Position numbers and translations under genes: made by a program. Below the pieces are notes generated by a model that did not search any database, was not told the DNA's origin, and saw nothing but the letters and a program-made list of their open reading frames with translations. 64,000 nucleotides of DNA, from assembly GCF_964188315.1 (NCBI RefSeq), contig NC_135657.1, positions 95,480,001 through 95,544,000 on the forward strand, given 5' to 3'. The DNA is from Podarcis muralis. Lineage: Eukaryota. Each line of letters begins with the position of its first letter. Positions within the stretch are counted from its first letter, which is position 1. Shown piece by piece: positions 22,213 to 34,896 of this stretch.

Positions 22213-22430
22213 TAAGGAAGCTGCCTTATATTGAATCAGGCTATTGGTCTATTGAACTCAGCACTGCCTACTGGCAGTGGCTTTCCAAGGCATAGCTGTC
22301 AACTTTTCCCTTTTCTTGCGAGGAATCCTATTCGGAATAAGGGAATTTCCCTTTTAAAAAAGGGAAAAGTTGACAGCTATGTTCCAGGGTTTCAAACAGA
22401 AGTCTGTACCTGAAGATGTTGGGGATTGAA
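22213..22430 (-). mobile_element. tRNA-derived squamate SINE (Squam3-like) interrupted by a hAT MITE
   Basis: aggaagctgccttata…gaatcagg…attggtcta matches the reverse of the + copy at 63108-63285. The family name is from recall. Confidence 0.55.
22291..22381. mobile_element. 91-bp hAT-type MITE
   Basis: Perfect 24-bp TIRs CATAGCTGTCAACTTTTCCCTTTT; 8-bp TSD ttccaagg / ttccaggg (1 mismatch). Confidence 0.88.
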
Positions 22431-25400
22431 GTTTCCTCTACAGAAGTTTTAACACTAAACTGTGGACTGCCCATCCATAGTAGTTCCACCCTAATGTCAC
22501 GAGAAAAAGTACTTAGTTGATTGGTTTTCAAAGATGTCCACTTTGGCCTTAGTGCTTCCTTTCTATTACACAAGTGTCAAACTCAGGCCACTGGAAGCCC
22601 CCATCACGATGCCCCCAAATATAATGGGGAGCAATTGGACAGATGTGCACAGCCTAGTACAAGGCTTTGTGGATTTCACCACTTAGAAATTCTGACTATT
22701 AGATGGTATATAAATACCTGAACTAAATAATAATAACGACGAACTTAATATGCATTAAATATTGTATCCAAAGTGTCGTTTTGTTCTTTAGTTTTTCAGT
22801 TATTTGTTTTCTTCACAGTATAATATCCCAGTCATAAGACAGCAGTTTGAGAATTAGGGCCCTGGTGTGTGCTAGAGTTTGCTTTTACCATGAACTAATG
22901 AGAGATTCCACCAGACCAATGGAATCTTTGCCGATGGTGCAAGGAATCTAATCCATGCCTGAACTCTTTTAGCAACAACAGCAGTGGCATTGGTATACTG
23001 TATCTGATTCCCCATGTGGCACAGATTTGTGTTGGAAAAAATTGTGGGTGAATAAATGAGTGGGGCTCAAGCCTGCAGCATACGACTTATTTATTGGTCC
23101 TAGAATTTGATTGATGATTCCCAATGGTTTTTAAGGGCAAATAACGGTTTTGCAGCTCAGACTTAAGATGTGTCCATAGATGCTGTTCTCAAAAAGTGAT
23201 CTGCAGACTACCAGGCGGTCTCCAGAGGCAAATTTGTAGAATAGTGTAGGGGTGTGTGGGTGTGTGTGGGTGTAAGTGTGGGTGCAAACTGGGGAGAAAA
23301 CGTTGGCTGCACTGTCATTCTTAAAATCCAGCCATCCTTCCGGAAGGTGAGCAGGACAGACCGGAAGTGATGAGAGAAGAAGAAATAAAGCCACAGCTTG
23401 CTGCAAGACAGAGGAAGGTCCCAAGTACAGAAAATAAATTCAGAAGGCACTTGAAAGGAGTGAACAGCTCATTAATATATTAGAATTATATATTAGCATC
23501 TGTATCAAACAAACACCCAAAACATGATGAATGTTTTTTTCTGAATGTAGATAGAGAAGAATCAGCAATAGTTTTACATGTCACATTTTAAAATATATAT
23601 CAGTCTAATCTACAGGGTTATTTCAAAGAGTTGAATAACTGACTTTATTGGCTTGCCAAAGGAAAATATGGTTCTTTTGAGTTTTGATTTCAAGTTGTAC
23701 CTTTTCTTCATTTTTTCATAATGCAAAATGCACTCCTTTCTCTCTAGCAAACTCCAGGATCAATCCAGTGTTTGAATTATATTAATATTAGGTTCTTATT
23801 AAGAATTGCATAATTAACAAATTAAGTTCAGTTTTATGCTTTAATTGAATTTAGATATAGTTTTCAAATATTTTAATTAATATATGTTTATGATACAGGG
23901 GAGGGGAGGAATTAGAGGGTATAAATGTTCATGTGTTTTAAGGATCCATGGTTGAAATTAGTTTCACTTTCAGATGCATTTTTCATTATTTTGCTTTCTT
24001 GACATGATCCTGCTATGTCAATACATGAACAGACTGGATTTTGAAGCTGTTAATTAAATGAAAATTTGAGGACATTTCACAAGACAATTTGGAAAAGTAT
24101 CAAAAAAAATTTCTGGCTGTTAGTGAATTCTTAACACCCTAATTATCAGTTATGTCCATGGAACAGACCTCTTATTAATAGGACTGGAAAGGAAGCTTTC
24201 AGTTGACACTCGCTATATAATTTTTTTTAAGAGTTTCCCCACCCCCTCCACATTGCAAATACGTCTTTGTTTTGAATAGCATTGTGAGTTTGTGGAAGCA
24301 GGAAATGGTGTAATTTCTGATGAATGGAAACAATATTGCAGTTTTGCATTCAAAAGCATTTGTACCCAGATTTTCAGTATGCTCCACTTCTATTTTCCTG
24401 TGAAGGGATACCTCTTTATTACAGACATATGCCATTTGCTTACACTGTGCTCACGACTTTCAACTGGAAGGCAGTATTTGAACAGATAGGTGGTTTTTGG
24501 TTCATCCAGCAGACTCCCAGTAATTATTAATTTTAGTATCTGCAGTGTAGCTGGCTGAATTTCTTCAGTCCAGGATCAGCGTTAAAATAAGGACACTCAC
24601 AGACATAGGGCAGATTGCTGCTATTGTGTCTGAATATGTAATGCTTTAATATTGGTGCGTTGACCATATTAAATTGAACTGAACATTACTGCTGCTTCTG
24701 CTCCTGAAACAGTTCCTTCTGTTCATGCCCATTCCAATTCCTTCAGTTCTCCAACCTTTACCCCAGTACCCAAAATACTGTGTGTCTGCATCCTCCAGCA
24801 CATCTCATTGGATCGGGGCTTTGTAGATTGCTTTGTGCTTTGTCAGCAGCTCCTCTTCCTCAGCTTGCATGCTCTTTCCTTGTGCCTGAGAGAATGAACT
24901 GGGAAGCTTTATCTCATGCATGGAACCTGACGCTTCTTCGTGATAATCTAACCCTGTGGCCTTCCAGAGGCTGTGGAGAACTCCCAACTCCAACCAGATC
25001 CAGCCAGCATGGCCATTGGTCAGGAATAGTGGGAGCTATGGTCTGACAACATCAGGAGGGGCCTCTGGTTTCCCACTCCTAATCTACAACTTGGTTTACC
25101 TGGCAGGAAATGTGCCTTGGAGTTATGAGCTCCTTCCTTGCCCTCCTTCCTTCACCTACAAGAGGAGGAAAGAAGGGAAGAGCATCAGTTTTCGCCTAAG
25201 AACAAACCATAGTTACCCATTACACCACCCCAATCTCCATGTGCTGTGAGGTTCCACGAGGTAGCAGAGTTTGTGTTTCCTTTTGGACAGTGAGAACAAC
25301 ACAGACTTTATGATATATGGCTTATTTACACACAAATGCAACCTGAGGCTAGATGGAGAGAGTGCAGAGTATTCTCATCCCAAAAGGATCCTATTTCTTC

Positions 25401-25939
25401 CATTGCTGCAACTTGAGATTCAAAGAGACCCCAAACAGCACGTCTGACCCTCTCTGCAGCACAAAACAGACAGCCCGCCTTCTGCCCTGGCCCCTCTCTC
25501 AAGTTTGTAAAACAGGCACTTGGTTCCTGTTCACTTACATCCTCCAAACCAAAATGCTACACCCTTTACACCCTTTTGTCTCTGTCCACCAACACCCAGC
25601 TGGAGGAGGGGCCCTACCCTTGCTCATTTGGTATAGCCTTCACCTTCCTAATGGCTTTATTGATGGGTTAATGTCTCAGCCATTATTAGCTCTGTTCCTC
25701 CAGTGACCCACACTCTGCTAGCTGTGCCAGAGGCCTGGCTCATTAACATAAGCTGAATCCAGGAGCGTTTGGCACAGTTTGATTAATCCCAACTTTGACT
25801 AAATCCAGGAATTATGGGGAAGACCTAGCCACCCAGGAGTTTAGGGGATCCTCCCCCCCCCAACAGTACAAACTCAGGGCACTTGCTTTTCTCCCAATCT
25901 CATGATTATGCTAGATCCTTTAATTATCCACTGATTAGT

Positions 25940-26085
25940 GGGGAGATTCAGGGCAGACAAAGAAAGTACTTATTTTTCACACATCACTTAGGAATTCGCT
26001 GCATCAAGATGTGGTGACAGCCACTAACTTCGATAGTTTAAAATGGAATCAGGCGAACTCATGAGGCTATTAGTTATGCTGGTGG
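25940..26085 (+). mobile_element. CR1 3' ORF2 fragment
   Basis: agattcagggcagacaaagaaagtacttatttttcacac…ggaattcgctgcatcaagatgtggtgacagccactaacttcgatagttt, resembling RFRTDKRKYFFT…WNSLPQDVV.ATN. Confidence 0.65.
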
Positions 26086-26302
26086 TATAGAACCCCCAGA
26101 AATGCAGTATTAGCGTATTGGAAATGCATGCCTCAGAATTGTGATGTCATAGCTATTGGGGAAGAAGTGCCACAGATACAAATGAAAGCAAAATGTTACT
26201 CTGGCATTGTAAACACCCACATCTGAACCTGGCAAGGTCCTGTTTTATTTTATTTATTTTGCAGAATTCGTGTCCCAATTTCCACTCTCAGTTAGAATGC
26301 TC

Positions 26303-26307
<5 letters not shown>

Positions 26308-26351
<44 letters not shown>

Positions 26352-26371
26352 TGTGTGTGTGTGTGTGTGTG
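26308..26371. repeat. Compound (GA)n(GT)n microsatellite
   Basis: Direct reading. Confidence 0.97.
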
Positions 26372-26420
26372 AATGGTATAAAAATACAGTAAAATCATAA
26401 CAATACATTAAAGAAGTTAA

Positions 26421-26520
26421 TTATTATTTATTAAATTTGTATACCGCCCTTCATCCGTAGATCTCAGGGTTGTTCACAACATAAGAATACAAAACGAAAA
26501 TCTGCAGGTTCCATTTTGAA
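26421..26520 (-). mobile_element. LINE (probably L2-clade) 3' tail fragment
   Basis: The reverse reads …tgtgaacaaccctgagatctacggatgaagggcggtatacaaatttaataaataataa, similar to the + fragment at 28931. Confidence 0.55.
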
Positions 26521-26875
26521 ATACTCTTGCTGCCCACTTGGTAAGGAAAGTTGGGTCACTTTGATCAGGAGCTTTAAGAATCACCCAAAAAGGAAAAACA
26601 CCTTAAATTGCACTCAAACCTGTACGTGTGACATCACTGCTGATTTACACATTTTACCTGCCTGTTTGTTATTTTGTTTTGGAGGAGAGGACTCTGTTGT
26701 TGTTTTTAATGGATTGTGGGCCAAGCTGGATATAATGTTAAATATTACTTTTTCTTTTAAACTAGATAGCCTTTGGGGGCTTCCTTTACCATTCAAATAG
26801 CAGTTTTGGAGAGGCAATTTCCGCCCCAATTGTGGCAGGGGGAAGGAGATATAAACTAAACATACACACATATAG

Positions 26876-26906
<31 letters not shown>

Positions 26907-28930
26907 CTCCCTGTGGCTTCTATTTACATAACAAAAACAACCATGTCAATTGTATTCGTGCATTTAGTATTTCATCTAGTTTGGCCTCCCCAGTTGATCA
27001 CTCTGACAAGAGTGCATATGCAGCCTTAAGAAATAAAATAAAATAAAAATTGGAGGGCAGTAATCTGGCTAGCACCAGCACTTGCATTACTCTTTCCCTT
27101 GCCATTTCATGAATGGTTTTTTCTTTGGCTTTGTGGCCCCCACCTCACTATGCACAGTGTTTACCTATTATTTAATCACATTTAACCCAATAATTAAAAG
27201 GTGGCAAAAAGCCATCTGTCCACAGCAAAGGTTGGAGTCTCACCTCCACCCCGTTAACAAAGGAACAGGTTATTGAGCTGCTAGTCCTGAATCCAAGCAT
27301 AGAGCTAAAAATAAAACTCCATCTCTCTCCCCACCCTTCCCTTCCACCGTGGTCATCTGCTAAAGTCCTAAGGGGGAAAACCTATGTGCGAAGTTACTAC
27401 CCCCATGATTGCAGGAATGGGATGCCTTCTGCTTTTAGCCCCTTAATCAATACCCCCCTTGTCAATAGTCCATTTGATACCGAATGTTATTACAATACTT
27501 GGGTCCTTATCTCTTTCTTCCTTTTTATCCCCTATTTTTTTAAAATGGAAACTGGAAAATTTATTTTAAAAAGTAAATACTTGCCTGTTTAGCATTACCT
27601 TTCTGTGCACTTTTTAAAAACAAAACAACTAGGCTTGCTTTAGCATCCTCTGAAGTCTTAGACAAACAGTTTAGATCCAGACTTTAAAAAAATGAAAGGA
27701 CTCCAATCTCTCTCTCTTATTAGAAAACCTTCCCTTATTAGAAAATTATTGAGTTTCCTCCGCTCATTGTGCCATATTTCTTTTTCTTCTTCAATTCCCC
27801 CCCCCCCCCATGTTTCTTATACCTTTTCACCCACCAGTTTGATTGCCATGGCTGCAGCCGTGGGTGAATAATTGCCTGTCTTCACAGGAGCATGTTCTGG
27901 AGCTAAAGTCGAGTGCTTGCTTCCTGATGTATGCCTCATTTGGATTCTGCCGACAGCCTAGGGGCTGTATTATTCATGCCTTGACAGATAGCACTCACTA
28001 AAAGCATTGGAAGCGGGCCAGGTACTGGCAGAGAGATAGTGGAGCATTGCAACTTGCAACAGAGAGGAGCATCTATAATACGGGGGTGGCGGCGGGAGGA
28101 GAAATCCTCACACGTCCCTTTTTGCTGGCTCTTATATTGATGGAAAAAATTCATTTGCAACAAAATAAAACACCCTAAAAATAAATACATTGCTTCCTTC
28201 CCCTGGCTCTCCCCCCTCAATCCTTAAAACCATGCTTGAAAGTTTAACACAATTTTCCACATTTAATTGCAAAGCTGATTTTAATTAGTAAGGCCCTGCA
28301 TGTGAAAAATGAAGATTCACTTGGGTGAGTGTAACACATTGCAGTGTCTGCTGAACGCTCTAATTAATGTATGGCGGCTGTACAATGGGGTGCACTGTGG
28401 GATATTTATGAAAAATTCTGTGCACGCAGACAGTCTATCTGTACGTTCTTGAATCCACAAGAATAAATAACTCCCCCTCCCTGTTATTCTTTACGAGACA
28501 TTATTGTGCATGCCATCACTCCATCCATAAACTTTACGACGTGCCTGTCCTCTTTACTATTTGTCAATGATATAATAAATCAGAAGTCAGGGCATACATA
28601 TTTTAACATTAATTTCAAAGAAGGATTTGGTGGTGCACTATTCAAAGATCATGCTCCATTTGGACAAAACAGGCAGAAGCCCCTCTTCTTTCTGTGCTTC
28701 TCCTACTCTCTGTTTGCACTACATGAAAAATAATGAATCGTATAAGGGAAGATATATAAGTATGTCCCTGAAGTTAAAATGGCACCTTTGCATTGGATCA
28801 CAGTTCAAATTTCTCATGTAGGTCACAATACAAGTTTTGTTATTAAAAGAGAAAAAGGTTCCAAAGAAATTCTGACAAATAATGTAGAAATTGTTGCAAA
28901 AAATCATGTGTGTGCTGTGTAGTATATAAC

Positions 28931-28983
28931 CCATGCATGAGACCTCCGGGTATAGGGCGGTATATAAATTCATTCATTCATTC

Positions 28984-29016
<33 letters not shown>
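28931..29016 (+). mobile_element. LINE (probably L2-clade) 3' tail with (TTCA)n(ATCA)n end
   Basis: gagacctccgggtatagggcggtatataaat followed by tetranucleotide repeats. Confidence 0.55.
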
Positions 29017-29017
<1 letters not shown>

Positions 29018-29794
29018 ATGCACACACATTCATGCTCCAGTATTTAGCTAAATGCTGTTAGGTTTTTTCTCCCAACTGACTTTCAGTCCTAAGCGAAAGG
29101 ATTTTCAAATGAAACACAGCAAACAATAAATAAACGTACTGACAGAGAATCCATAATATATCTGAAGTCTGTTACTGGCTTCCTTCGCAGTAGAACAGCA
29201 GTATATTTTTTATCAGAATCCATGATGCATTACTGAAGAAGTATACACCAGAGTGTAAAACATTCACCAAAAATCCAGGTCTGTGGCTTTGTATGGCAGT
29301 GGATGATTTTGATCTTTCGTATGCAGTTCTATTACCTTTGCCATGTGGGCTGGCAAATTACCGTTTCTTTTGCTACAGGTTTTTGTGACCTTGATTTGTC
29401 ACAAGAGGTAACTTGATTAAGGCTGGCTTAACTATGATGCTATGGAGATAATGGTCTAGGCAAGTTGGCTCCACCTGCTGTGGTGTAATTGTTAGATAAT
29501 CATTGTGTGGGGTGAAGAAAATGCAGACCCTTCCTCCTGTATTTTAATATGGCTTCCAATTCAGTCATCACACACGGCAGTGGCCATTTCCCAAATGGGA
29601 TAACGTTTTAAAAATGCAAATTTGTTTTCTTCTTGGCAAGACCCAACATTACAGCTGTGGTTGCACCAGATTCCAGGAGTAAGCTTAAATTAGGAAAGGA
29701 CATTGGCATGCCTAGGTAAAACTGATGAATCCATCAGCTTTTGCTGGGTCCATTGATCTTAGCTTAAGGCTTAAACCTGGTGCAGATGTAACAC

Positions 29795-30008
29795 TAAAGG
29801 TAAAGGGACCCCTGACTGTTAGGTCCAGTCATGGACGACTCTGGGGTTGCAGCACTCATCTCGCTTTACTGGCCGAAGGAGCCGGCATACAGCTTCCGGG
29901 TCATGTGGCCAGCATGACTAAGCCACTTCTGGTGAACCAGAGCAGCGCACGGAAATGCCATTTACCTTCCCGTCTGAGCGGTACCTATTTATCTACTTCA
30001 CTGGCATC
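29795..30008 (-). mobile_element. 5'-truncated Sauria SINE (about 3' 60%), followed by (ATT)n at 30016-30059
   Basis: Aligns with the 3' part of the full-length copies at 51471 and 52372. Confidence 0.92.
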
Positions 30009-30012
30009 ATGC

Positions 30013-30059
<47 letters not shown>

Positions 30060-31349
30060 GCAAATTGAGGGCAATCCTCAGAACATGCACTCCTTTATCT
30101 TCCTTCCTTCTTTCTTTCCTTTATATAGAGAGAAATCCTTCCTTTGTCTGTTCATGGCTGTATTTGAACCAATATAATTACTGAATGCTGGCCATGGTTT
30201 CAAGTAGGTTTGCAAATCATGGTTTTGCTGGCATTCATGCAACTCTGAGGTTGCAACCCAGAACCTGCTTACCTGGGAATAAATTCTATTGTACTAAGTG
30301 GAAATTAAATCTTGCTCCATGGAAGAAGGAAGGAAGTGTACATCCCTAAGATTGGCTCCTAATTTACAATTAGGGACGATGCATCAGATATTTCATCTCA
30401 AACCTGTTTGGAATTTCAGAAGTAAGCTCTGGAAGACATGAAGGACATAAAAGTTGCCGTATACTTACGGAGCCAAACTATTGATCCGCCTAGTGCATAT
30501 TGTCTCTGATGAACTGGCGGTGAACTAGCAGAGGTCTTTCCCAGCCCTGCTACGTGAACTGGAGGGTCCTGGAATCTTGTGCTGTGAAATAGGGAGATGG
30601 TGCCTCTGAGGGTGTGCAAATTGCCTTTCCTTCACCAGTGAGTAATTGCTGCCTACTCCTGAATTTGAAGACTAGGCTTCCACATCAGAGTGTGTAAATA
30701 AATAAAGAGAAGGCGGGCTGGTGATCTCAGTGTGTTTAGAATTTTTCTTTCAAACATTTAGAAATTCACAGCTAGGAGCAACTGAAGAATAGCCCCTGTG
30801 CGTTTTAGTGCAACACTGAGCAGGATAGAGAAGGAAAGATGTATCAGAAGGATGGTGTCAGAAGGTGCTGAATGGTCCATCTGTGCCATGACAGTGAGAG
30901 CAGATTTGGGCTGTAGGATCTGCACAGAAGTCTCTGGCATGAACTAGGTGTTTCCATGATGGTAACTTGTTTTCTTTCGAACAGCAGGTGTTGGGCACAT
31001 GCTCCTCCATCAGTGCTTTGCTTGCCACCACATTGTCTGATGTGGGAAGGTTTACAAGGGGGCGACCGGAGGGGATGTGTTGCTGTAACAGCCACCAAAT
31101 AAATGAGGGCTCAGTGTCTGCTGCAGGGAAGGGAAGAAAAAGAAGCAGCAGTACCCAGTAAGATAATTTACTCAAGAGGCTTCTGCAAATATCCATATAG
31201 ATTTGTCCTCTTACCTACAGCAGAATTCTTCTTTTTTTAAAGAATGGCTGGCTTGGCTGATAGCAATAATGTGCTCACTTTGCTGATAGAAACAGATAGT
31301 GTGAGAGCAACTTCTTAAAGTGGCTCTAAGAGGGATACCAAGGCAATCT

Positions 31350-31490
31350 TCATATGTTGAGTAAGTCATTCTCTCTCTCTCTCTGCCTTGCATTTTCAGC
31401 ATCTGTAAAACAGAGACACTAGACAGTCGCCCTCATCTGTAAAATATTTTGAGGTGTCTAAATGAACAGCACTGTGAAGAGCTAGTCATT
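31350..31490 (+). mobile_element. Old CORE-SINE (MIR/Ther1-like) fragment
   Basis: aagtcattctctct…cattttcagcatctgtaaaa…cctcatctgtaaaa resembles the MIR core (cctcagtttcctcatctgtaaaa). Highly diverged. Confidence 0.4.
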
Positions 31491-31804
31491 ACTACGACTG
31501 GGTTCTGCACAACCAATTCAGTGTGGCTATTTACTTCTGCACATAATAACGTAATCCTTATCCCAATAGTAGAATACTTTCTGTTGGCAGTGGCACGGAT
31601 CAATTTTGGACCAACTCTTCATTTTATTTTATTTTTGAATTATTTATTTTAGTGATGAGATTTCTGTTTTGAACTACATTTCTTTCCCTAAAAGAACTAT
31701 GCAACACACTCTCATGCCTACATTTTGCATGTCTTGCCCATAAATAACAGTGGTTTATTTTCTAGGATGATAAAAACTCTCTTCACTATCTAATAATTAT
31801 TACA

Positions 31805-32315
31805 TATCAGGAGCTGGAATCAGGCGTAGGTCAGCAATAAAACAGTATAGTACCTGATGTCAGTGAAGTTAACTCTTTTATTAAAAATCAAAAACAAAAC
31901 ATCGCAGTCCTAGTGGTCACAGCAACCCCTTCCCAGTAGGTCTTGCCCCAATGAAGCAGTTGCAAGGACTGAAGGTCCCTGTCTTCCTACCATTGTCTAA
32001 GGCTCTTCACCTAGCCTAGTTCCTTTTCCTGGCACCCTAAGGCTCCACTGTCCTCCCTCTTGTTGCTCTGCCCTTTCTCTTTTCTCTGTGTGTTCTGGGA
32101 GTCCGGGGGAAGGGGAGCTGGTTCAAGCAGGTTCAATCTCTCTCCTGCCCCCCTCCTCTCCTGCCCCTAATTCTGCACTGCCTTCTGCCATAGCCTCTTC
32201 AGCTTCTGACACCTCCTCCTCCCAGTCTTCTCCCTCTTCTCCCTCTGACCACACATCGTCATCCCACCACCAATCCCCCCCCCTTCTTACCCTGCCCCAA
32301 CGGCTGCCTCCCACA
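31805..32315 (-). mobile_element. Probable solo LTR (Gypsy-like lacertid family)
   Basis: The minus strand starts TG (tgtgggaggc), has a GA-rich U3, AATAAA at 31877-82 followed by gagttaacttcact, and ends …ctcctgata. TSD not resolved. Confidence 0.5.
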
Positions 32316-33723
32316 TTTCCTCTGAATTCAGCTAGTCCACGACACTACGTATGTAATCCACATTTCCTCCAAGTAGCTCAGGGTGATATACGTGGGGTTC
32401 TCTATTCTTGCTCTCACAGTAACCTTACGTGTTGGGTTCCACTGAGAGACATCAGCTGTGTTCAGGCATCTAAACCACAGTTTAGGAAAAGCTGAAGAAG
32501 CTTTCCAAAAGAAAGGTTTGAAGCAGTGAAAGACTTGTAAAGAACTCTTGGGGGAGGGGGTTCCAACAGCAGAGGGGCACCACAGAAAAGCTGCCCCCAT
32601 GCACTGTCTCCTTGTGGATACCTGAAGGGACAGTGAGAAGGGCCTCTGTAGAAAGTCTCACTTCTTGGGCAAGAGTACATTGAAAGCTCCTCCCGCTATA
32701 GCTTCCTGTCCCCACACTCTAGGCATTTGTTGAGGGTCTCTTAGCACTCCGAAAAGGCTTTTCAATGCCACAGGTGGCTGGAATGAGGAGGTGGGCACCA
32801 GGAATTCCCACTGCATGAGTACTGCATTCGGTACAACCTTGTAACTTGGTACGAACAGGGTTTTAAATAAGATGTCATGAGAATACAGACTGCTAATAGC
32901 AGAACCATAAAAGGAGCACATTCAAACAAATAAGATTAACTGTAATAGCAAGATTTCAGTAAGACTTGGCACTATTCTGGGAATAATTGCTGGTTGTCGG
33001 GACACATCTGTTTGACCTGAATTCTGCTATTTGCTAATTTTAGCACTGGTTCTGATTATTGGCTTTTTTTTACTGTTTGTCTGCAGGAAGCAATTCAAGC
33101 TTCCAGGGCATATTATTATCACTACAAATCACTTCATAGCTCTCTTAAGGTACACTTTGAAATCTTTCTCATTCATCCTATCCTGTGAGGAAATATATCC
33201 ACATATTCAGTCAAGGTTGTGGTTTGGTTTTTTTTGTGTTGTTGTTATTTATAAAAAATATATCATCTGTAAAAGTAGACTTAGGCTGCCATCCAAACCT
33301 CCCTTGCAGCAGGCTGTGGAGCAGGGCCAGTCCATCCATGACGTGAGGTGAAGTGCTCACCTCAGGTGGCAAGATCCACAAAGGCAGCAGAACCTCCAAG
33401 TAAGGCACTGCCCACTGCTGCCAAAGGGGCAGTAGCAGCTGCAACACACTTCCTGGATGCTGGATCAGTCTCCTCCTCAGCAGCCCCCCCCCCAAGTTGA
33501 TGGGCGTTGCCATTCAAATGGTATGTGTGCCTGCCACATCTTGTGATCAATTCTGTGAGACGGACTTAACCTCCCCCCAATTTTTATTCAAGTTGGAACC
33601 CCGGCACACAATTAATGTTTACCCCCAACTTACATGCAAACAGGTGTTTTGCATTAAGAAAGAGTGGTTATATTACAAAGCTACTGAAAAAGGAAATGCA
33701 AACTGAACCTACAGTTCATCATA

Positions 33724-33935
33724 ACGTTTGTTAAACGTACGCCAATAAAACTTCATATTTGTAGCTGATGTAGCTGATGGCACTATAGAATGCTAAGGTG
33801 ATGCTGATGGCACTATAGAATGCTGTTCTATAGCTGATGGCACTATAGAATGCTAAGGTACGTTTGTTAAACGTACGCCAAAAAAACTTCATATTTGTAG
33901 CTGTTGTAGCTGATGGCGCTATAGAATGCTAAGGT
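33724..33935. repeat. Complex local duplication: two 76-bp direct repeats plus four copies of a 22-mer
   Basis: 33724-33799 vs 33860-33935 (3 mismatches). GCTGATGGCACTATAGAATGCT at 33773, 33803, 33833 and 33909 (the last with 1 mismatch). Confidence 0.92.
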
Positions 33936-34500
33936 ACTGCTTCTTCTAAGTTGCTTGAAAATAACTTTCTCCCCCTGTGCTAAGAAAAGCTACAATCCCG
34001 TTTTTCCTCTGAAATCAGGAATGTATAACATCTCAATCCTCTAACTACAATTCAGAATATTACACACTTGAATGATTCCTAACCAACCATGTAAGAGACA
34101 GAACAATGTATTATACTTTGAGTTGGATGTGAAAATCTTGTGTCCATGATTTAGCTGCAGTTTTCTTCCTTACTGTTTCCCCCCTGCCCCACTTTTTTAT
34201 ATAGTAATTTAAGTTGTTGCCTTATAGTGTTCACACCTTTGCATTACAGGAAGGTTTCTTTATATAATTTTCTTGTTGGTTTTTTTCCAAATATATGAAT
34301 AAAAGTGTGTCTTTGCTTAGTCTTGAATAAAATAAATAAAATAAAATGAATAAAATGAATAAAATGTTGTGCATTTATTGTAAAATTATTGTCAATTTGG
34401 ATTTTGTAGTGGATAACTAGAATGGTTATCCGTCACTGATTCCACATCAACAATAGTTTTACAATAAATATACCATGTTGTTCCCCAAATAAATAGTATA

Positions 34501-34896
34501 CAGTGGTACTTCAAGTTACATACGCTTCAGGTTACATATGCTTCAGGTTACAGACTCTGCTAACCCAGAAATATTACCTCGGGTTAAGAACTTTGCTTCA
34601 AAATGATAACAGAAATCGCGGGCGGTTGCAGCGGGAGGCAGTGGCGTAGCGTGGGTTGTCAGCACCCGGGGCAAGGCAAGTAATTTGCGCCCCCTAACCT
34701 GTGGATTTTAGCAGCTGCGAGTGCGAGCGTGCCCCCCCAGATGTTGCGCCCTGTGCGGCCGGCCCCCCCTGCACCCCCCACGCTACGCCACTGGCAGGAG
34801 GCCCCATTAGCTAAAGTGGTGCTTCAGGTTAAGAACAGTTTCAGGTTAAGAACGGACCTCTGGAACGAATTAAGTACTTAACCTGAGGTACCACTG
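34501..34896. mobile_element. Tigger-like MITE, family D, hosting a nested hAT MITE
   Basis: TA flanks at 34499-500 and 34897-98; collinear with 19161-19386 apart from the insert. Confidence 0.9.
34639..34793. mobile_element. 155-bp hAT-type MITE (nested)
   Basis: Perfect 17-bp TIRs CAGTGGCGTAGCGTGGG; 8-bp TSD gcgggagg / gcaggagg. The empty site is present once in the paralog (19284-91). Confidence 0.92.

Noticed and set aside
29725-30177. 150-aa ORF, and similar ORFs at 51541-51768 and 52421-52648
   Set aside because: Translations of Sauria SINE sequence and an (ATT)n microsatellite.
33773-33930. CRISPR-like array (22-bp repeats with different spacers)
   Set aside because: Spacers are only 8 bp and one derives from the repeat itself. 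There are no cas genes and the context is a vertebrate intron. Local duplication explains it.
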